This document shows, piece after piece, positions 50,891 through 61,091 of a DNA stretch of 64,000 nucleotides. The notes below the pieces were generated by a model. That model saw only the letters and a program-made list of their open reading frames with translations. It made no database searches and was not told the DNA's origin. The position numbers and the translations under genes are program-made. The stretch is taken from assembly GCA_036479435.1 (NCBI GenBank), contig JAZGFI010000170.1, positions 66,437 through 130,436 of the forward strand, given 5' to 3'. How positions within the stretch are numbered: position 1 is the stretch's first letter; every line of letters starts with the position of its first letter. Origin of the DNA: Planctomycetota bacterium (GTDB taxonomy: Bacteria > Planctomycetota > GCA-002687715 > DRQF01).

Positions 50891-52180
50891 ATGCTGCAAA
50901 TCTCGCTGCCCCGGGCGCTCTTGAGCTCGAGCCACTGTCCTAGCCTCGCCGGATTGGGGAGCCTTTTGGTGGTTTTGCTGCTGTTGTCTTCAACCGGCTT
51001 CGGCCAGGTGAAAGTACGGACTTTGGACCAAAGTCCCTTCGAAGCTCGCGTCCTGGGGATCGACAGTTCGACGTTGAGCTACAAGTCGGGCGCAGCCAGT
51101 CCGCAATCCGTGGAGCTGTCGAGACTAGTCTCCTTGACCTTTGACGAGAAGCCCATTCGAATTCCGAGCTCACGCAGCGGTTTGTTGCAGTTCGACATCG
51201 CAGGTGGAGATCGTCTCTACGGCGAGATCATCGATTCGAACGATGACGAAGTCCGGGTCTCGACCCAGGCCTTGGGCCCGGTGAGCATTGCCTACGAGCA
51301 CCTGTCGCGAGTCTTAGTGTTGCGCAACCTGAGGGGCCGTGAGTCCCAACTGGTTGGCAGCGCGGATCAAGAACGAGACTTGTTGTTTGTTGAGTCTCGC
51401 GATTCCGTCGATCGCGTGGTCGGGGATCTCGGGCGATTCAAAAAAGGTGGTGTGGATTTTCAGTGGAACGAACAGGGCGAGTCACCCTTTGACTTTAAGG
51501 CCGACAAAGTCCTGGCGATTTGCCTCAGCGACGTCGAACCTCCAGCCCGTCCCAAGGGCGTCTATGCGGTGGCGTGGTTTCAGGATGGCAGCCGCTTGAC
51601 CGGGGCGATTCGCGTGGCGTCGAACGGTGCCTTTAGCATGCAGTTCGGCGTCGGCAAGAATCTCACTCTCAAGCCGGAGGCGCTCCAACAACTGTCATTT
51701 CGCGGCGGCGACTTCGTTTACCTCTCTGACCTAAAGTTGCCAATCGTCAAAGAGACGCCTTATCTCGAGGGTGGACTCACCTACGGATTGAGCCTTGACC
51801 GCGGTCTGGGTGGTGCGCCGGTAAGTGTCGGCCGTGTCTTTTTCGAAAAGGCCCTGGCGGTCCACAGTCGCACGCATCTGACTTATCGCGTCCCAAAGGG
51901 CTACGACTACTTCGCCTGTGCCGTGGGTATTGACGAGTCGGTGGCGAAGCGAAGTGTCAAAGGAGCGGTGACGTTCCGGGTACGAAAAGGCGGGGGCGGT
52001 GACGGTGTTCTCATTGGTAAAGCGGTGACGCGGCGAGCCGGTGAGCCCGCGGTTTGGCTAGAGAAAATCGCCGTCAAACCCGCCGAACTTCTTGTGCTTG
52101 AAGCGGACTTCGCCGACCGCGCTCACTTCAATGGTTGGGCGGTATGGGGTTCGCCAATGTTCTGGAAAACCCGGCGCTGA
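50891..52180 (+). CDS. Secreted NPCBM/NEW2-domain protein
   Basis: YLSDL, FEKALAVHSRT.LTY, F...VGID, AVWGSP; signal peptide. Confidence 0.8.
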   Translation: MLQISLPRALLSSSHCPSLAGLGSLLVVLLLLSSTGFGQVKVRTLDQSPFEARVLGIDSSTLSYKSGAASPQSVELSRLVSLTFDEKPIRIPSSRSGLLQFDIAGGDRLYGEIIDSNDDEVRVSTQALGPVSIAYEHLSRVLVLRNLRGRESQLVGSADQERDLLFVESRDSVDRVVGDLGRFKKGGVDFQWNEQGESPFDFKADKVLAICLSDVEPPARPKGVYAVAWFQDGSRLTGAIRVASNGAFSMQFGVGKNLTLKPEALQQLSFRGGDFVYLSDLKLPIVKETPYLEGGLTYGLSLDRGLGGAPVSVGRVFFEKALAVHSRTHLTYRVPKGYDYFACAVGIDESVAKRSVKGAVTFRVRKGGGGDGVLIGKAVTRRAGEPAVWLEKIAVKPAELLVLEADFADRAHFNGWAVWGSPMFWKTRR

Positions 52181-52201
52181 TTCGGCTCGCGTTGGACGCT
52201 C

Positions 52202-55078
52202 ATGAACCTCGAGGCACTTTCTAATCTTAGCGCGCCCTATTGGCTCGCCTTTGCGATCCCCGCCGCCGTGTTCGTCGTGGTGTTGGCCTTTGTCGGCATC
52301 CCGCGAACTCGTCCCATCGGCTGGGTCTTGCTAGCGATGGCGCGATTTACGCTTTTGGCTGGACTGCTAATCCTGCTCGCTCGCCCGACTTTTGTTGACA
52401 CCGAAGTGGTGCCGGGGAGGCTTGAAATTTACCTCGATGTTTCGCGGAGCATGGGAGCAAAAGGACGGGTGTTTTCGCGCGAAGTGGCGAGGCGTTTGAC
52501 CGAAGACCTCCGTGAGAAGTCACCGCGGGCCGAAGTGGCAATTTTCGGATTCGCCGGAGAATGGAATACGGTTTTCGATGGGCCCGCGGCTGACTTTGAA
52601 GCCCGCACATTAGAGGTTCTTGACGACCCGGATTGGCGGGAAAACCTAGATCCTTTGGCGAGCCGATTGTGGCCTGTCTTGGCGGCGCGCGCGAGCCGCC
52701 GGTTCCGCGGCGGCGACCTTCGTCGCTTGATCATTGGCGACGGCGGTTATGAGCTGCCACCGAGCCTGGATCCTGGCTTTGCGGGGACGACCCAAATCCT
52801 GACACCGCCCCTGCACGACGACCAAAACCTGCGCGCCCTCACTATCGAATTGCCCGAGTTCTTGCGCGAAGAAGAGGGGCTGACTTTTTCTCTCTACACG
52901 GAAAGCAGTGTCAAGCGTCGCGTACCTGCTCGGGTTCTGATCGACGGCCAAGAGACCAAACGAATCATCGTGACGGTAGAAAAGGGGGCTGGCGTTCTAC
53001 GCTTTGGCTCCGACGATCTGCGTTTGCGGCCGGGCATCAGGCGCGTTGCGATTCAGCTCGAAGCTCACGACGATGAAGCACTAGACGATACGGTTTGGGG
53101 CAGCGTACGCGTCGTTCCCAAGACAGATTTGTTGTACGTTCGGGGCCAAGATGCGGTCGGCGTCGAGGGCCGGGACCCGGCCCCGCTACGCGCGCTACGG
53201 GCACAGGATCGGCCTCTAATTGCAATTATAGCCCAGAAACTCGAACGCGACGCGAAGCGCTATTCACATCGTCGTGCCATCGTCTTGGATCGACTTGGCC
53301 CCGGCGAAGTTGATGCCGAACAAGCGGCGGCCCTCGTCGACTACGTCAAAGAAGGGGGCGGGATTCTGTTTTTGCCGCGCGGGGGACGAGAGGAGCTGTT
53401 GAGCTGGAACGACCATGCCCTTGCGTCGATCTTGCCCCTAAGGGGGAGGCCTGAGCCGCGACCCAAATCCAAGCCTCCAGAGGCCAAGATTCCCGACCCA
53501 CCCAAGGACGCGCCCAAGAAACTCGCCAAGGCCGACCCGAATCGCTTCGAAGAGAAAACCGTTGAGGCACCGACCCTCATCGTCATGCTCGTGATCGACA
53601 AGTCACCGAGCATGCGCAAAGGAGGTCGCCTCGCGAACGCGCGGCGTGGCGCCATTGCGACGGCGCGAAAGATGCACCCCGAAGATCGACTGGGAGTCGT
53701 GACCTACAACGAATCCGCGCACGAAGTCGTGCCCATTCAGGAGGTTGCCAACCTCGAAGCGATCGAGCGCGAAGTGATGCGTATCCGTTCGGGTGGACGC
53801 GGCACCGATATCGAAAAGGCACTGCTGCTCGCACAAGATTTACTTGGCCGCGAAGAAGCCGCGGTAAAAAGTGTGATCTTGTTGTCGGACGGATTCGCCA
53901 TCCCCTTCAATATTGAGGCGACCCTCGAGAGCATGGTCGATGACGGGATCTCGGTCTCGACGGTAGGCGTGGGATCGGAGTTTGGCTTCGAGACGCTCAC
54001 CAAGATCGCGGTATCCGGCCGTGGCACAGGGCCGATCCCGGCTCGCTCTGCGCGCGAGATTCCTTCGGTTTTGGTGGACCTGACTTCCGGCATCATCAAG
54101 CAACACAAAGCGCGCAGCCGCAAGGACGACAAGGGGCTCAAGAAGCCGAAGAGAGACAACATCTCCCGACCCGAGGTGCGCGTTCCGAATCCCGCTGCCG
54201 TCCAGGCCGCCGCACTTAAAGCCAAGGCGGAACAAAAAAAGAGGGAAGAAAAAGAGCGGTTGGCCAAAAAGATCAGCTTGGAGCTCGATCGCAAAGTCGT
54301 CTACACCGAAGGCTTGCCGTGGCCGACTTTGCCGCTGCTCGACAAAGTCCATACCACCGGCGAAAAAAGTGGCGCCTGGGTTTCCGTACGCACTCATGAG
54401 CGCCGCCCTTTCTTTGCCCATTGGCGAGTCGGTGAGGGCTTTGTCGCCATGTTGGCCGCCGAGCCGGAGGGCTCCGCGGTCGGCAATTTTCCCCTGTGGG
54501 ACGGCTACGGTGTTTTCATGGCTCAGGTTTGTAGGTTTTTGGAAAGCACTCCAGGGCGAGAGAGTTTCAAAGTCGCCGGTCTCGTCGACGGCAAACAGGT
54601 CTTGATTCAAGCGCTCGACCTCAGCGGGCGGCGAGCCCCGAGTGACTGGACCTTCGAGATTACCTCCGATACTAATGTTGGCGATCAAGATCAGCCCGCC
54701 TTGAGGATCGTGAATCGCCAGGCGCTCGACGACTCGCGATGGCTCGTTGAGTTGAATCGCGAACCGGGGCCGGGGCTGCTCAAGTTGCTGGCTAAACCCA
54801 ATGGCAAATCGCAGCGGGTGGCCAACACTCTTCTCGTCGCTCCGCCGCCAAGGGAAGTGAGGCGTCGCGGCTTGGACTTGGAAGGCCTCGAAGCCTGGAG
54901 CCGTTTTTTAGCCGCTCCCTTGGTGACAGAGTTCGACGCACAGGATAGCTTTGGCCCGATGCCTGGTGAACGCGCCCAGCGATTTGCCGCGCCAGCGGCT
55001 TGGTTGGGTTGGCTCGTCTTGTTGTTCATGGTTGAACTCGCTGCAAAGCGCTGGCTGAGGCGACGCGAAGCGACATGA
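52202..55078 (+). CDS. Membrane protein with two VWA domains and a GATase-like region
   Basis: MIDAS motifs DVSRSM and DKSPSM, LLSDG; N- and C-terminal TMs. Confidence 0.82.
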   Translation: MNLEALSNLSAPYWLAFAIPAAVFVVVLAFVGIPRTRPIGWVLLAMARFTLLAGLLILLARPTFVDTEVVPGRLEIYLDVSRSMGAKGRVFSREVARRLTEDLREKSPRAEVAIFGFAGEWNTVFDGPAADFEARTLEVLDDPDWRENLDPLASRLWPVLAARASRRFRGGDLRRLIIGDGGYELPPSLDPGFAGTTQILTPPLHDDQNLRALTIELPEFLREEEGLTFSLYTESSVKRRVPARVLIDGQETKRIIVTVEKGAGVLRFGSDDLRLRPGIRRVAIQLEAHDDEALDDTVWGSVRVVPKTDLLYVRGQDAVGVEGRDPAPLRALRAQDRPLIAIIAQKLERDAKRYSHRRAIVLDRLGPGEVDAEQAAALVDYVKEGGGILFLPRGGREELLSWNDHALASILPLRGRPEPRPKSKPPEAKIPDPPKDAPKKLAKADPNRFEEKTVEAPTLIVMLVIDKSPSMRKGGRLANARRGAIATARKMHPEDRLGVVTYNESAHEVVPIQEVANLEAIEREVMRIRSGGRGTDIEKALLLAQDLLGREEAAVKSVILLSDGFAIPFNIEATLESMVDDGISVSTVGVGSEFGFETLTKIAVSGRGTGPIPARSAREIPSVLVDLTSGIIKQHKARSRKDDKGLKKPKRDNISRPEVRVPNPAAVQAAALKAKAEQKKREEKERLAKKISLELDRKVVYTEGLPWPTLPLLDKVHTTGEKSGAWVSVRTHERRPFFAHWRVGEGFVAMLAAEPEGSAVGNFPLWDGYGVFMAQVCRFLESTPGRESFKVAGLVDGKQVLIQALDLSGRRAPSDWTFEITSDTNVGDQDQPALRIVNRQALDDSRWLVELNREPGPGLLKLLAKPNGKSQRVANTLLVAPPPREVRRRGLDLEGLEAWSRFLAAPLVTEFDAQDSFGPMPGERAQRFAAPAAWLGWLVLLFMVELAAKRWLRRREAT

Positions 55079-56031
55079 GACCACTCCGACAAAAAAGACC
55101 GCGGCTCGCGGTTTCCGCCGGTGATCCTCAGGGTATCGGACCCGAAGTGACCGCAGATGCCCTTGGCGCCCTCATGGCGAGCGACCAAGAGTTCGACGTC
55201 AGCCTTTTCGGCGATCGAACGATCTTGGAACGCGAGTTGAAGCGCGTCGGAGTCGATGACGGTGCCCGCGTGACGCTCGTCGATTGTCCCTTCCAAGATG
55301 CCGGCGAGCCTGGACCTTCGGCGGCGGGGGGCCTTGCGGCCCTGAAGGCGCTGAGTGCGGCCGCTGAGATGGTTGAAACCCATCGTGCCGACGCTCTCGT
55401 GACCGCGCCCTTGGCGAAGGAGGCGGTTTGCGTCCACGAGCCGGGGTTCGTCGGGCATACCGGATTTCTCGGTCACCGTAGCGGCGTGGTGCCGCTCATG
55501 ATGCTGGCCTCTGAACGCCTGCGCATCGCCCTGGTGACCGACCACTTGCCCTTGCGCGAAGTCGCTGATCATGTGGATAGACCGGCGCTCGAGTTTGCCC
55601 TAAGTCGCCTCAAGAGCGGGCTACAGGACGTGTTCGGCGTCGCGCGGCCGCACATTGCGGTTCTGGGGCTCAATCCTCACGCGGGCGAAGGGGGAAAGTT
55701 GGGGCGCGAGGAGTGCGATCTGATCGAACCCTGGCTGAAAGAGCACCCAGGGGTTGAGGGTCCCTTTGCGGCCGACGGTTTTTTTCGACCGGGCCAGTTC
55801 GAGCGCTTCGACGCCATCTTAGCGATGTATCACGACCAAGGTTTGATTCCGCTCAAGGCTCTTTCTGCGGGCGCCGCCCTCAACATCAGTCTGGGCTTGC
55901 CCTATCCGCGAACGTCGCCGGACCACGGAACGGCGTTTTTGTTGGCGGGGCAGGGGCGTGCAGATTCCTCGAGCATGTTCTACGCCATGCGTTGCGCCTT
56001 GCGACTTGGCCGCGGCGAAACTCTCCAATGA
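55075..56031 (+). CDS. pdxA: 4-hydroxythreonine-4-phosphate dehydrogenase
   Basis: GDPQGIGPE, GHTGFL, LNPHAGEGG, AMYHDQGLIP, RTSPDHGTAF. Confidence 0.95.
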   Translation: MRPLRQKRPRLAVSAGDPQGIGPEVTADALGALMASDQEFDVSLFGDRTILERELKRVGVDDGARVTLVDCPFQDAGEPGPSAAGGLAALKALSAAAEMVETHRADALVTAPLAKEAVCVHEPGFVGHTGFLGHRSGVVPLMMLASERLRIALVTDHLPLREVADHVDRPALEFALSRLKSGLQDVFGVARPHIAVLGLNPHAGEGGKLGREECDLIEPWLKEHPGVEGPFAADGFFRPGQFERFDAILAMYHDQGLIPLKALSAGAALNISLGLPYPRTSPDHGTAFLLAGQGRADSSSMFYAMRCALRLGRGETLQ

Positions 56032-56069
56032 TCTTGCTCGCGTGATCTCATGGATTTTGGGCATCTGCT

Positions 56070-56098
56070 TTGACACTTGTCCCCTCCATCACTACATT
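56070..56098 (+). promoter_or_regulatory. Sigma70 promoter
   Basis: TTGACA-17 nt-TACATT. Confidence 0.7.
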
Positions 56099-56104
56099 CT
56101 CAAC

Positions 56105-56257
56105 GGGGAAAGTTCGGTTTTGCAACTGAGCGTCGTATGTTCGAGCTAGGGTTTGATCACTATTCGGTAGGGGGCCTCTGGAGGAAGGGGCACCACTCGG
56201 GGGAGACTCCTTCGAGGTGACCGCAGCGATCAGCATTGGCGTCTGTCGTTACACGAG
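56105..56257 (+). ncRNA. Candidate structured leader or ncRNA
   Basis: 5' hairpin plus a long interrupted stem closing a three-way junction, between the promoter and ATG 56307. Confidence 0.4.
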
Positions 56258-56306
56258 GGGCATGTCGGCGCGAGGGTTGCGATTTGTGGATCGTGGGGTT
56301 GAGGGA

Positions 56307-56984
56307 ATGGCTAGACGTAAGAAGAGAATTCTCTTCGATGTGATGGGGACCGGGAGGTCATCGGCACCGGCGAGAAAATCACCGTCGGGACGACTTCCCG
56401 CGGCAAAACGCAGCAAGGCTTCGGCTAGCGGTACTAAGAAAAGTCGCCGCGAAAGCGCGGACCTTGACTACGGCGAATCGCGGATGCGAGGTCTCGGTTT
56501 TGGCGAAGGTGAGTTTCGCATCACCGTGAACCTGGCGGCCGCCATGGGCATGGCCTTCGTGGTTTTCATGGCGCTTTCGTACTACTTCGGCTATGTCCAA
56601 GGCTCGCGAAGCGAGTCCCCAGGCCGTGGTTCAGCGAACGAGTCCAGCGACCCATCCCTGTCGAAGAACAGGCCTGCCAGCACCTTTGGCACGATCTACT
56701 CGGTACGCGCCAATAAGACGCAGTTTAGCTCATTGACTCAATGGGCCATGGAAGAAGACATGAAGGCGCAGGCCAACTTCCTGGAGAAAGAGGGTTATGA
56801 GGACGTCGATCTTCGCCTCATTGAGGGCGCTGAGGACAACAATGGGCCTTACTACGCCCTGTGGGTAGGTGCCTCCCAAGACCGGGATTCTCTCGATGAC
56901 TTGGCGGAGGAACTACGAGGTCTGAAATATCGAAAGGGAGAGTATCCCTTTTACACCGCCTTTGTCTTGCCGAAGTTTCGCTAA
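56307..56984 (+). CDS. Bitopic membrane protein, possible SPOR-like C-terminal domain
   Basis: Basic N-terminus, one TM (..LSYYFGY), C-terminal A.FL..EGY..YYALWVG..LAEELR pattern. Confidence 0.6.
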   Translation: MARRKKRILFDVMGTGRSSAPARKSPSGRLPAAKRSKASASGTKKSRRESADLDYGESRMRGLGFGEGEFRITVNLAAAMGMAFVVFMALSYYFGYVQGSRSESPGRGSANESSDPSLSKNRPASTFGTIYSVRANKTQFSSLTQWAMEEDMKAQANFLEKEGYEDVDLRLIEGAEDNNGPYYALWVGASQDRDSLDDLAEELRGLKYRKGEYPFYTAFVLPKFR

Positions 56985-57171
56985 ACCATGACCTTGTGGT
57001 CACTCGGCCCAGTGGGAACGCGAGCCTCTTTTTTGCCTTGAGGCCGCAGCAAAGGCCTCCTCAAGCCTCTTTTCGTGGCCTTAGGCCGCCGATCTATGGA
57101 TTTATCCCGGCTGATTGCTACAAATCCAGCCACACAACGTGTCGGAACTGAGAATTCACAGGAGTTCAGCC

Positions 57172-57375
57172 GTGTCTTTGCATCGAAGCCTCGCGGGTAC
57201 TAGTAAACTTACGGGAACCCGCAACGTCCTGACGAGATCCGAACGTTTGGAGCGTCTCAAAGAAGATGGCCGCTACACTGAAGGCAGCGACGTCTACGGC
57301 TTGCCGAAGGTCCGCACAATCGTGGCCAAAATCGGCAAGAAGAAGAAAAAGAAGGACGAAGAGGAAGAGGCTTAG
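57172..57375 (+). CDS. PVC-superphylum small basic RNA-binding protein (TIGR04137-like)
   Basis: MSLHRSL...RNVLTRSERLERL..GR......YGLPKVR; AGGAG RBS before GTG. Confidence 0.9.
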   Translation: MSLHRSLAGTSKLTGTRNVLTRSERLERLKEDGRYTEGSDVYGLPKVRTIVAKIGKKKKKKDEEEEA

Positions 57376-57445
57376 TCTCTTTGGATGGGTCGCGGTGCCA
57401 GCCTTAGGAGGCTGATTCGCTCGATCCGAGTCGACAATCAACCCT

Positions 57446-57470
57446 AAGGCCAGGCATTGTCCTGGCCTTT
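57446..57470 (+). terminator. Probable terminator hairpin
   Basis: AAGGCCAGG-cattgt-CCTGGCCTTT; short U tract. Confidence 0.55.
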
Positions 57471-57543
57471 GGTCGTGGAAGTGCCCGAGACGGTACCTCG
57501 CTACCCCGGCAAACTCTAGACGCGACCGCGAAGGCGCAACATC

Positions 57544-58299
57544 ATGGCCTCAGATCTGATTGAAATCTTTTCGGCAATTCAGGGTGAAGGGCCCATTGTG
57601 GGGCGCCGACAGATCTTCCTCAGATTCGGCCACTGCGATGTCGCCTGCGATTACTGCGATACCCCCCTTTGTCACGTCGAGCTGGCCTGTTTTCGGGCAG
57701 AAACGCACCCTGGGTCACGCGAGTTTGAGAGTTTCAAGAATCCCGCTTCAAAAGACCAGATCGCTCAACTCGTGTCTCGATTGGATTCGCCCCCTGGACG
57801 CCACCACTCGGTGTCGTTGACCGGGGGCGAGCCGCTCCTTCATGCTGACACGATCCTCGCCTTGGGGCCTGTTTTTCGGGAGCGAGGCTTGCGCTGTTAC
57901 CTTGAGACCAATGGTCACTTGGTGGACGAGCTCAAACGAGTTCTAGCGGTCATCGACATCATTGGGATGGACATCAAGATTGCGTCGACGGCGGGATTTC
58001 CCCCTCGTCACGAAGAGAACCGCGCATTTCTGGCCCTATCCCACGCGGCGGGGCGAGAGGTATTCGTGAAGATTGTGGTCGGTGAGAAGACCACCAGGGA
58101 CGAACTGGAGGCAGCGCTTGCCGTGGTCCACGACGTCGATCCTGAATTAACGGTGGTCCTCCAGCCCGTGACGCCCTTTGGCGGCCGTGGCGTGCCCCCG
58201 ACGCCCGCGGCACTCTTGGAGTTGCAGGATGCCGCACTGGCGTCTTTGCCAAACACTTTGGTGATTCCTCAGACCCATAAGATGATCAAGCAAAAATGA
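57544..58299 (+). CDS. queE: 7-carboxy-7-deazaguanine synthase (radical SAM)
   Basis: EIFSAIQGEG, CDVACDYCDT, SLTGGEPLL, LETNG, IPQTHK. Confidence 0.92.
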   Translation: MASDLIEIFSAIQGEGPIVGRRQIFLRFGHCDVACDYCDTPLCHVELACFRAETHPGSREFESFKNPASKDQIAQLVSRLDSPPGRHHSVSLTGGEPLLHADTILALGPVFRERGLRCYLETNGHLVDELKRVLAVIDIIGMDIKIASTAGFPPRHEENRAFLALSHAAGREVFVKIVVGEKTTRDELEAALAVVHDVDPELTVVLQPVTPFGGRGVPPTPAALLELQDAALASLPNTLVIPQTHKMIKQK

Positions 58300-59624
58300 G
58301 CCTCGCTACCGTTGCCATCGTTGGACGACCGAACGTTGGAAAATCCTCTTATCTGAACGCCGTCATCGGTCGCCGTATCGCGATCGTTGAACCCACGCCA
58401 GGGGTCACACGGGACCGTCTCATCATCGATGTCAGAGTGGGCGACCGCAATATCCAGCTCATGGACACGGGCGGTATCGGCATCGTCGACGTCGCTCAGC
58501 TGGACGATGACATCGCCTACCAGATCGACATGGCGATCGAGCTTGCCGATGCCGTGATCTTCCTCGTTGACGGCAAGGACGGCATCACGGCCCTCGACCA
58601 ACAAGTGGCGGACACCCTTCGCCGCCTCAAAAAGCCGGTGATTTTAGGCGTCAATAAGATCGATCACCCCAAGCGCGATCCGCAAGCGGGTGAGTTCTGG
58701 GCCCTCGGCCTCGGCGAGCCACACCCACTATCGGCCTTGGAAAAACTCGGCGTGGACGCCTTACTGGACGACGTCGTCGCCATGCTTCCGGAGGACTTTT
58801 ACCCGGGGGAAAGTCCCAATGAGCTGCCTAAATTCGCCTTCGTCGGTAAGCGCAACGTGGGGAAATCGACTTTGCTCAACACGATGGCCGGAGAAGCTCG
58901 CGTGATCGTGAGCGAAATCGCCGGTACGACTCGGGATGCTGTCGACGTCGATCTTGAGTACGAAGGGTTGAAGTTCACCGCGATCGACACCGCCGGGGTC
59001 ATGAAAAAGGGCAAGGTGCCGTCGTCGATCGATTTCTACAGCCAAACTCGTACCGAGGCCGCGATTCGTCGCTGCGATGTGGTGCTGTTTTTGATCGACG
59101 CCACCGACGATATTTCGCAAGTCGACAAAAAGATCGCCATGCAGGTTCGTGACCAAGGCAAGCCATGTATTTTGGCGATCAACAAGTGGGATCTCGCTTC
59201 AGGGCGCATGGAGTCCAAAGACTACTTGGAGTACATCGGCGAGAAACTTCCGGGTTTCCACTTTGCTCCGGTCGTCTTCATTTCGGCGCTCGAAGAGTTC
59301 AACACTAAAGGCGTGCTCGAAGTTGCCTTTGACATCTACGGCCAGGCGAGTAAGCGCGTCGGAACGGGAGAGCTCAACCGGCTCTTGGAGCAGGCATTTG
59401 AGAAAAGAAAGCCGGGCGGAAAGCGCGGTTACAAAGCGCGCATCTACTACGGCGCGCAGGTCGAAACATCACCGCCGACTTTCGTGGTCTTCGTCAACGA
59501 TTTGCGGATGTTTCCCGAGAATTACCGTCGCTATCTTGAGAACCGATTGCGAGAGGCATTCGATTTCGCCGAAGTTCCACTGCAGGTTCGCTTTCGGAGA
59601 CGGACCTCGCTCTACCACGCTTGA
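58296..59624 (+). CDS. der: Ribosome biogenesis GTPase Der/EngA
   Basis: Two G domains (GRPNVGKS, GKRNVGKS, DTGG, DTAG, NKID, NKWD) plus KH-like tail. Confidence 0.97.
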   Translation: MSLATVAIVGRPNVGKSSYLNAVIGRRIAIVEPTPGVTRDRLIIDVRVGDRNIQLMDTGGIGIVDVAQLDDDIAYQIDMAIELADAVIFLVDGKDGITALDQQVADTLRRLKKPVILGVNKIDHPKRDPQAGEFWALGLGEPHPLSALEKLGVDALLDDVVAMLPEDFYPGESPNELPKFAFVGKRNVGKSTLLNTMAGEARVIVSEIAGTTRDAVDVDLEYEGLKFTAIDTAGVMKKGKVPSSIDFYSQTRTEAAIRRCDVVLFLIDATDDISQVDKKIAMQVRDQGKPCILAINKWDLASGRMESKDYLEYIGEKLPGFHFAPVVFISALEEFNTKGVLEVAFDIYGQASKRVGTGELNRLLEQAFEKRKPGGKRGYKARIYYGAQVETSPPTFVVFVNDLRMFPENYRRYLENRLREAFDFAEVPLQVRFRRRTSLYHA

Positions 59625-59661
59625 CGCTCATTCGCTTGGCAAACTTCATGGAGGCTTATGC

Positions 59662-60186
59662 ATGCTTTTTCGTCTTTCGATCGCTGCGATAATCTTGATT
59701 TCGGTGCCACTATTCACGAGCTGTGGATCGACCCCAAAACCGGAGGATGAAGACTGGGTCCAAGGCTACGAGCACGGCTTCGACTACTTGTGGGACGAGT
59801 CGCTCTCGGTTTTGAAACAACGCTACGAAATGGCGACGGCGGTACCCGCCAAACAAAAGATGACCACGGAATGGGACACTCAGCTCGCCTATTTCTCCGA
59901 GCAAGGCGAACGCGTCCGGCTCAGCGTTGAGTTTGAAGAGCGGCCCGTCGTGGGCTGGGTTATCACGACGACCGAAGAAAGACAGATCAATACGAATCAA
60001 CTCAACCCAACGGTCGGGTCGGAAGCAGACTGGGAAGACGCCGACCCGGACGGCTCAGCGACCTCTTTTTACCGTCTCGGTATGGCGGCACGGATGAGGC
60101 CGCGAGAGAGTTGGCGGAGCGATCGTGAACGCAGGCTCGAGTCGGAAAGCCAAGCGGCGACTCAGCCCTTGGGAGTCAATCCGTAG
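59662..60186 (+). CDS. Hypothetical lipoprotein
   Basis: GGAGG RBS; signal peptide ending FTSC. Confidence 0.75.
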   Translation: MLFRLSIAAIILISVPLFTSCGSTPKPEDEDWVQGYEHGFDYLWDESLSVLKQRYEMATAVPAKQKMTTEWDTQLAYFSEQGERVRLSVEFEERPVVGWVITTTEERQINTNQLNPTVGSEADWEDADPDGSATSFYRLGMAARMRPRESWRSDRERRLESESQAATQPLGVNP

Positions 60187-60875
60187 CGGAAAATGAGCCA
60201 GAGTATCTTCGAGCCGGCTCGGACTGTCCCCGAAAGCGTGCCCGAGATCTTCGACCGACCGATGCGCTGTGAGTAGCTGACATCAACCTCTCCGCAGCGT
60301 AGTTTTTGGCGCACAGCTTTGATTTGCATCTCGACTGTCCAGCCCATTCCGTCGTCGCACATTTGGAGCTGGCGGAGGCTTTTTGCGCGAATGGCCCGAA
60401 ATGGCCCTAGATCTGACCACTTTGCATTAAAAAAAATGCGCATCAAAATGGTCGCCAATCGATTGCCAAATCGCTGTTGAAAATTGAGTGCTCCGGGGAC
60501 GGCGAGGCGCACTCTTGAACCGACCACAAAATCTATGCGGCCGCTCAGTATTGGCTCCAGCAAAAGTCCGAGTTGCTGCGGGTCGTCGCTGTGATCGGCG
60601 TCAATGAAGGCGACGATTGTGCTGCGCGGAGACAAATTCGAAAGTGCTTTGAGGCAGGCCGCTCCATAACCACGTTTTGGCTCTGTGACGACTCGCGCGC
60701 CCTTTGAGGCCGCAATTGAGGCCGTCGCATCTTGGCTTCCATTGTCGCAAACAATGACTTCGCCAAGGAGACCACGGGGCAGTGCGTCCAGCACGGCGCC
60801 GATCGCTTTCTCTTCGTTGAGCGCGGGGATGATAAGTGAAACGAAGGTCTCAGTTGTGTCGGAGGCGTTGGTCAT
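60162..60875 (-). CDS. GT2-family glycosyltransferase
   Basis: IIPALNEE, DNGSQD, RGYGAAC, DADHSD, DLGPFRAI, GWTVEMQ. Confidence 0.92.
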   Translation of the reverse strand: MTNASDTTETFVSLIIPALNEEKAIGAVLDALPRGLLGEVIVCDNGSQDATASIAASKGARVVTEPKRGYGAACLKALSNLSPRSTIVAFIDADHSDDPQQLGLLLEPILSGRIDFVVGSRVRLAVPGALNFQQRFGNRLATILMRIFFNAKWSDLGPFRAIRAKSLRQLQMCDDGMGWTVEMQIKAVRQKLRCGEVDVSYSQRIGRSKISGTLSGTVRAGSKILWLIFRYGLTPKG

Positions 60876-61091
60876 AGTTGCGTCAAATGAGGTGCTTATC
60901 TTGGTGCCGAGATCAAAACTTGAGCCCGCTGTTTCGATTTTCACTGAAGGTTTTTTGCCGTGATGACGATTTTTTCTTGTTGAAGCCGTCAGTCGCGTGC
61001 TTTATTTTTTCTCGTGAGTGGTATGCATGCTCGTCGTCCACTCACACTTACGGGACCATAGACGAGCTTGACTCTCTTAAGGAGTTGGGAA

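Noticed and set aside
59149..59661. N-terminal extension of the 345-aa ORF overlapping der
   Set aside because: Alternative-frame run-through; RBS and lipoprotein signal place the start at 59662
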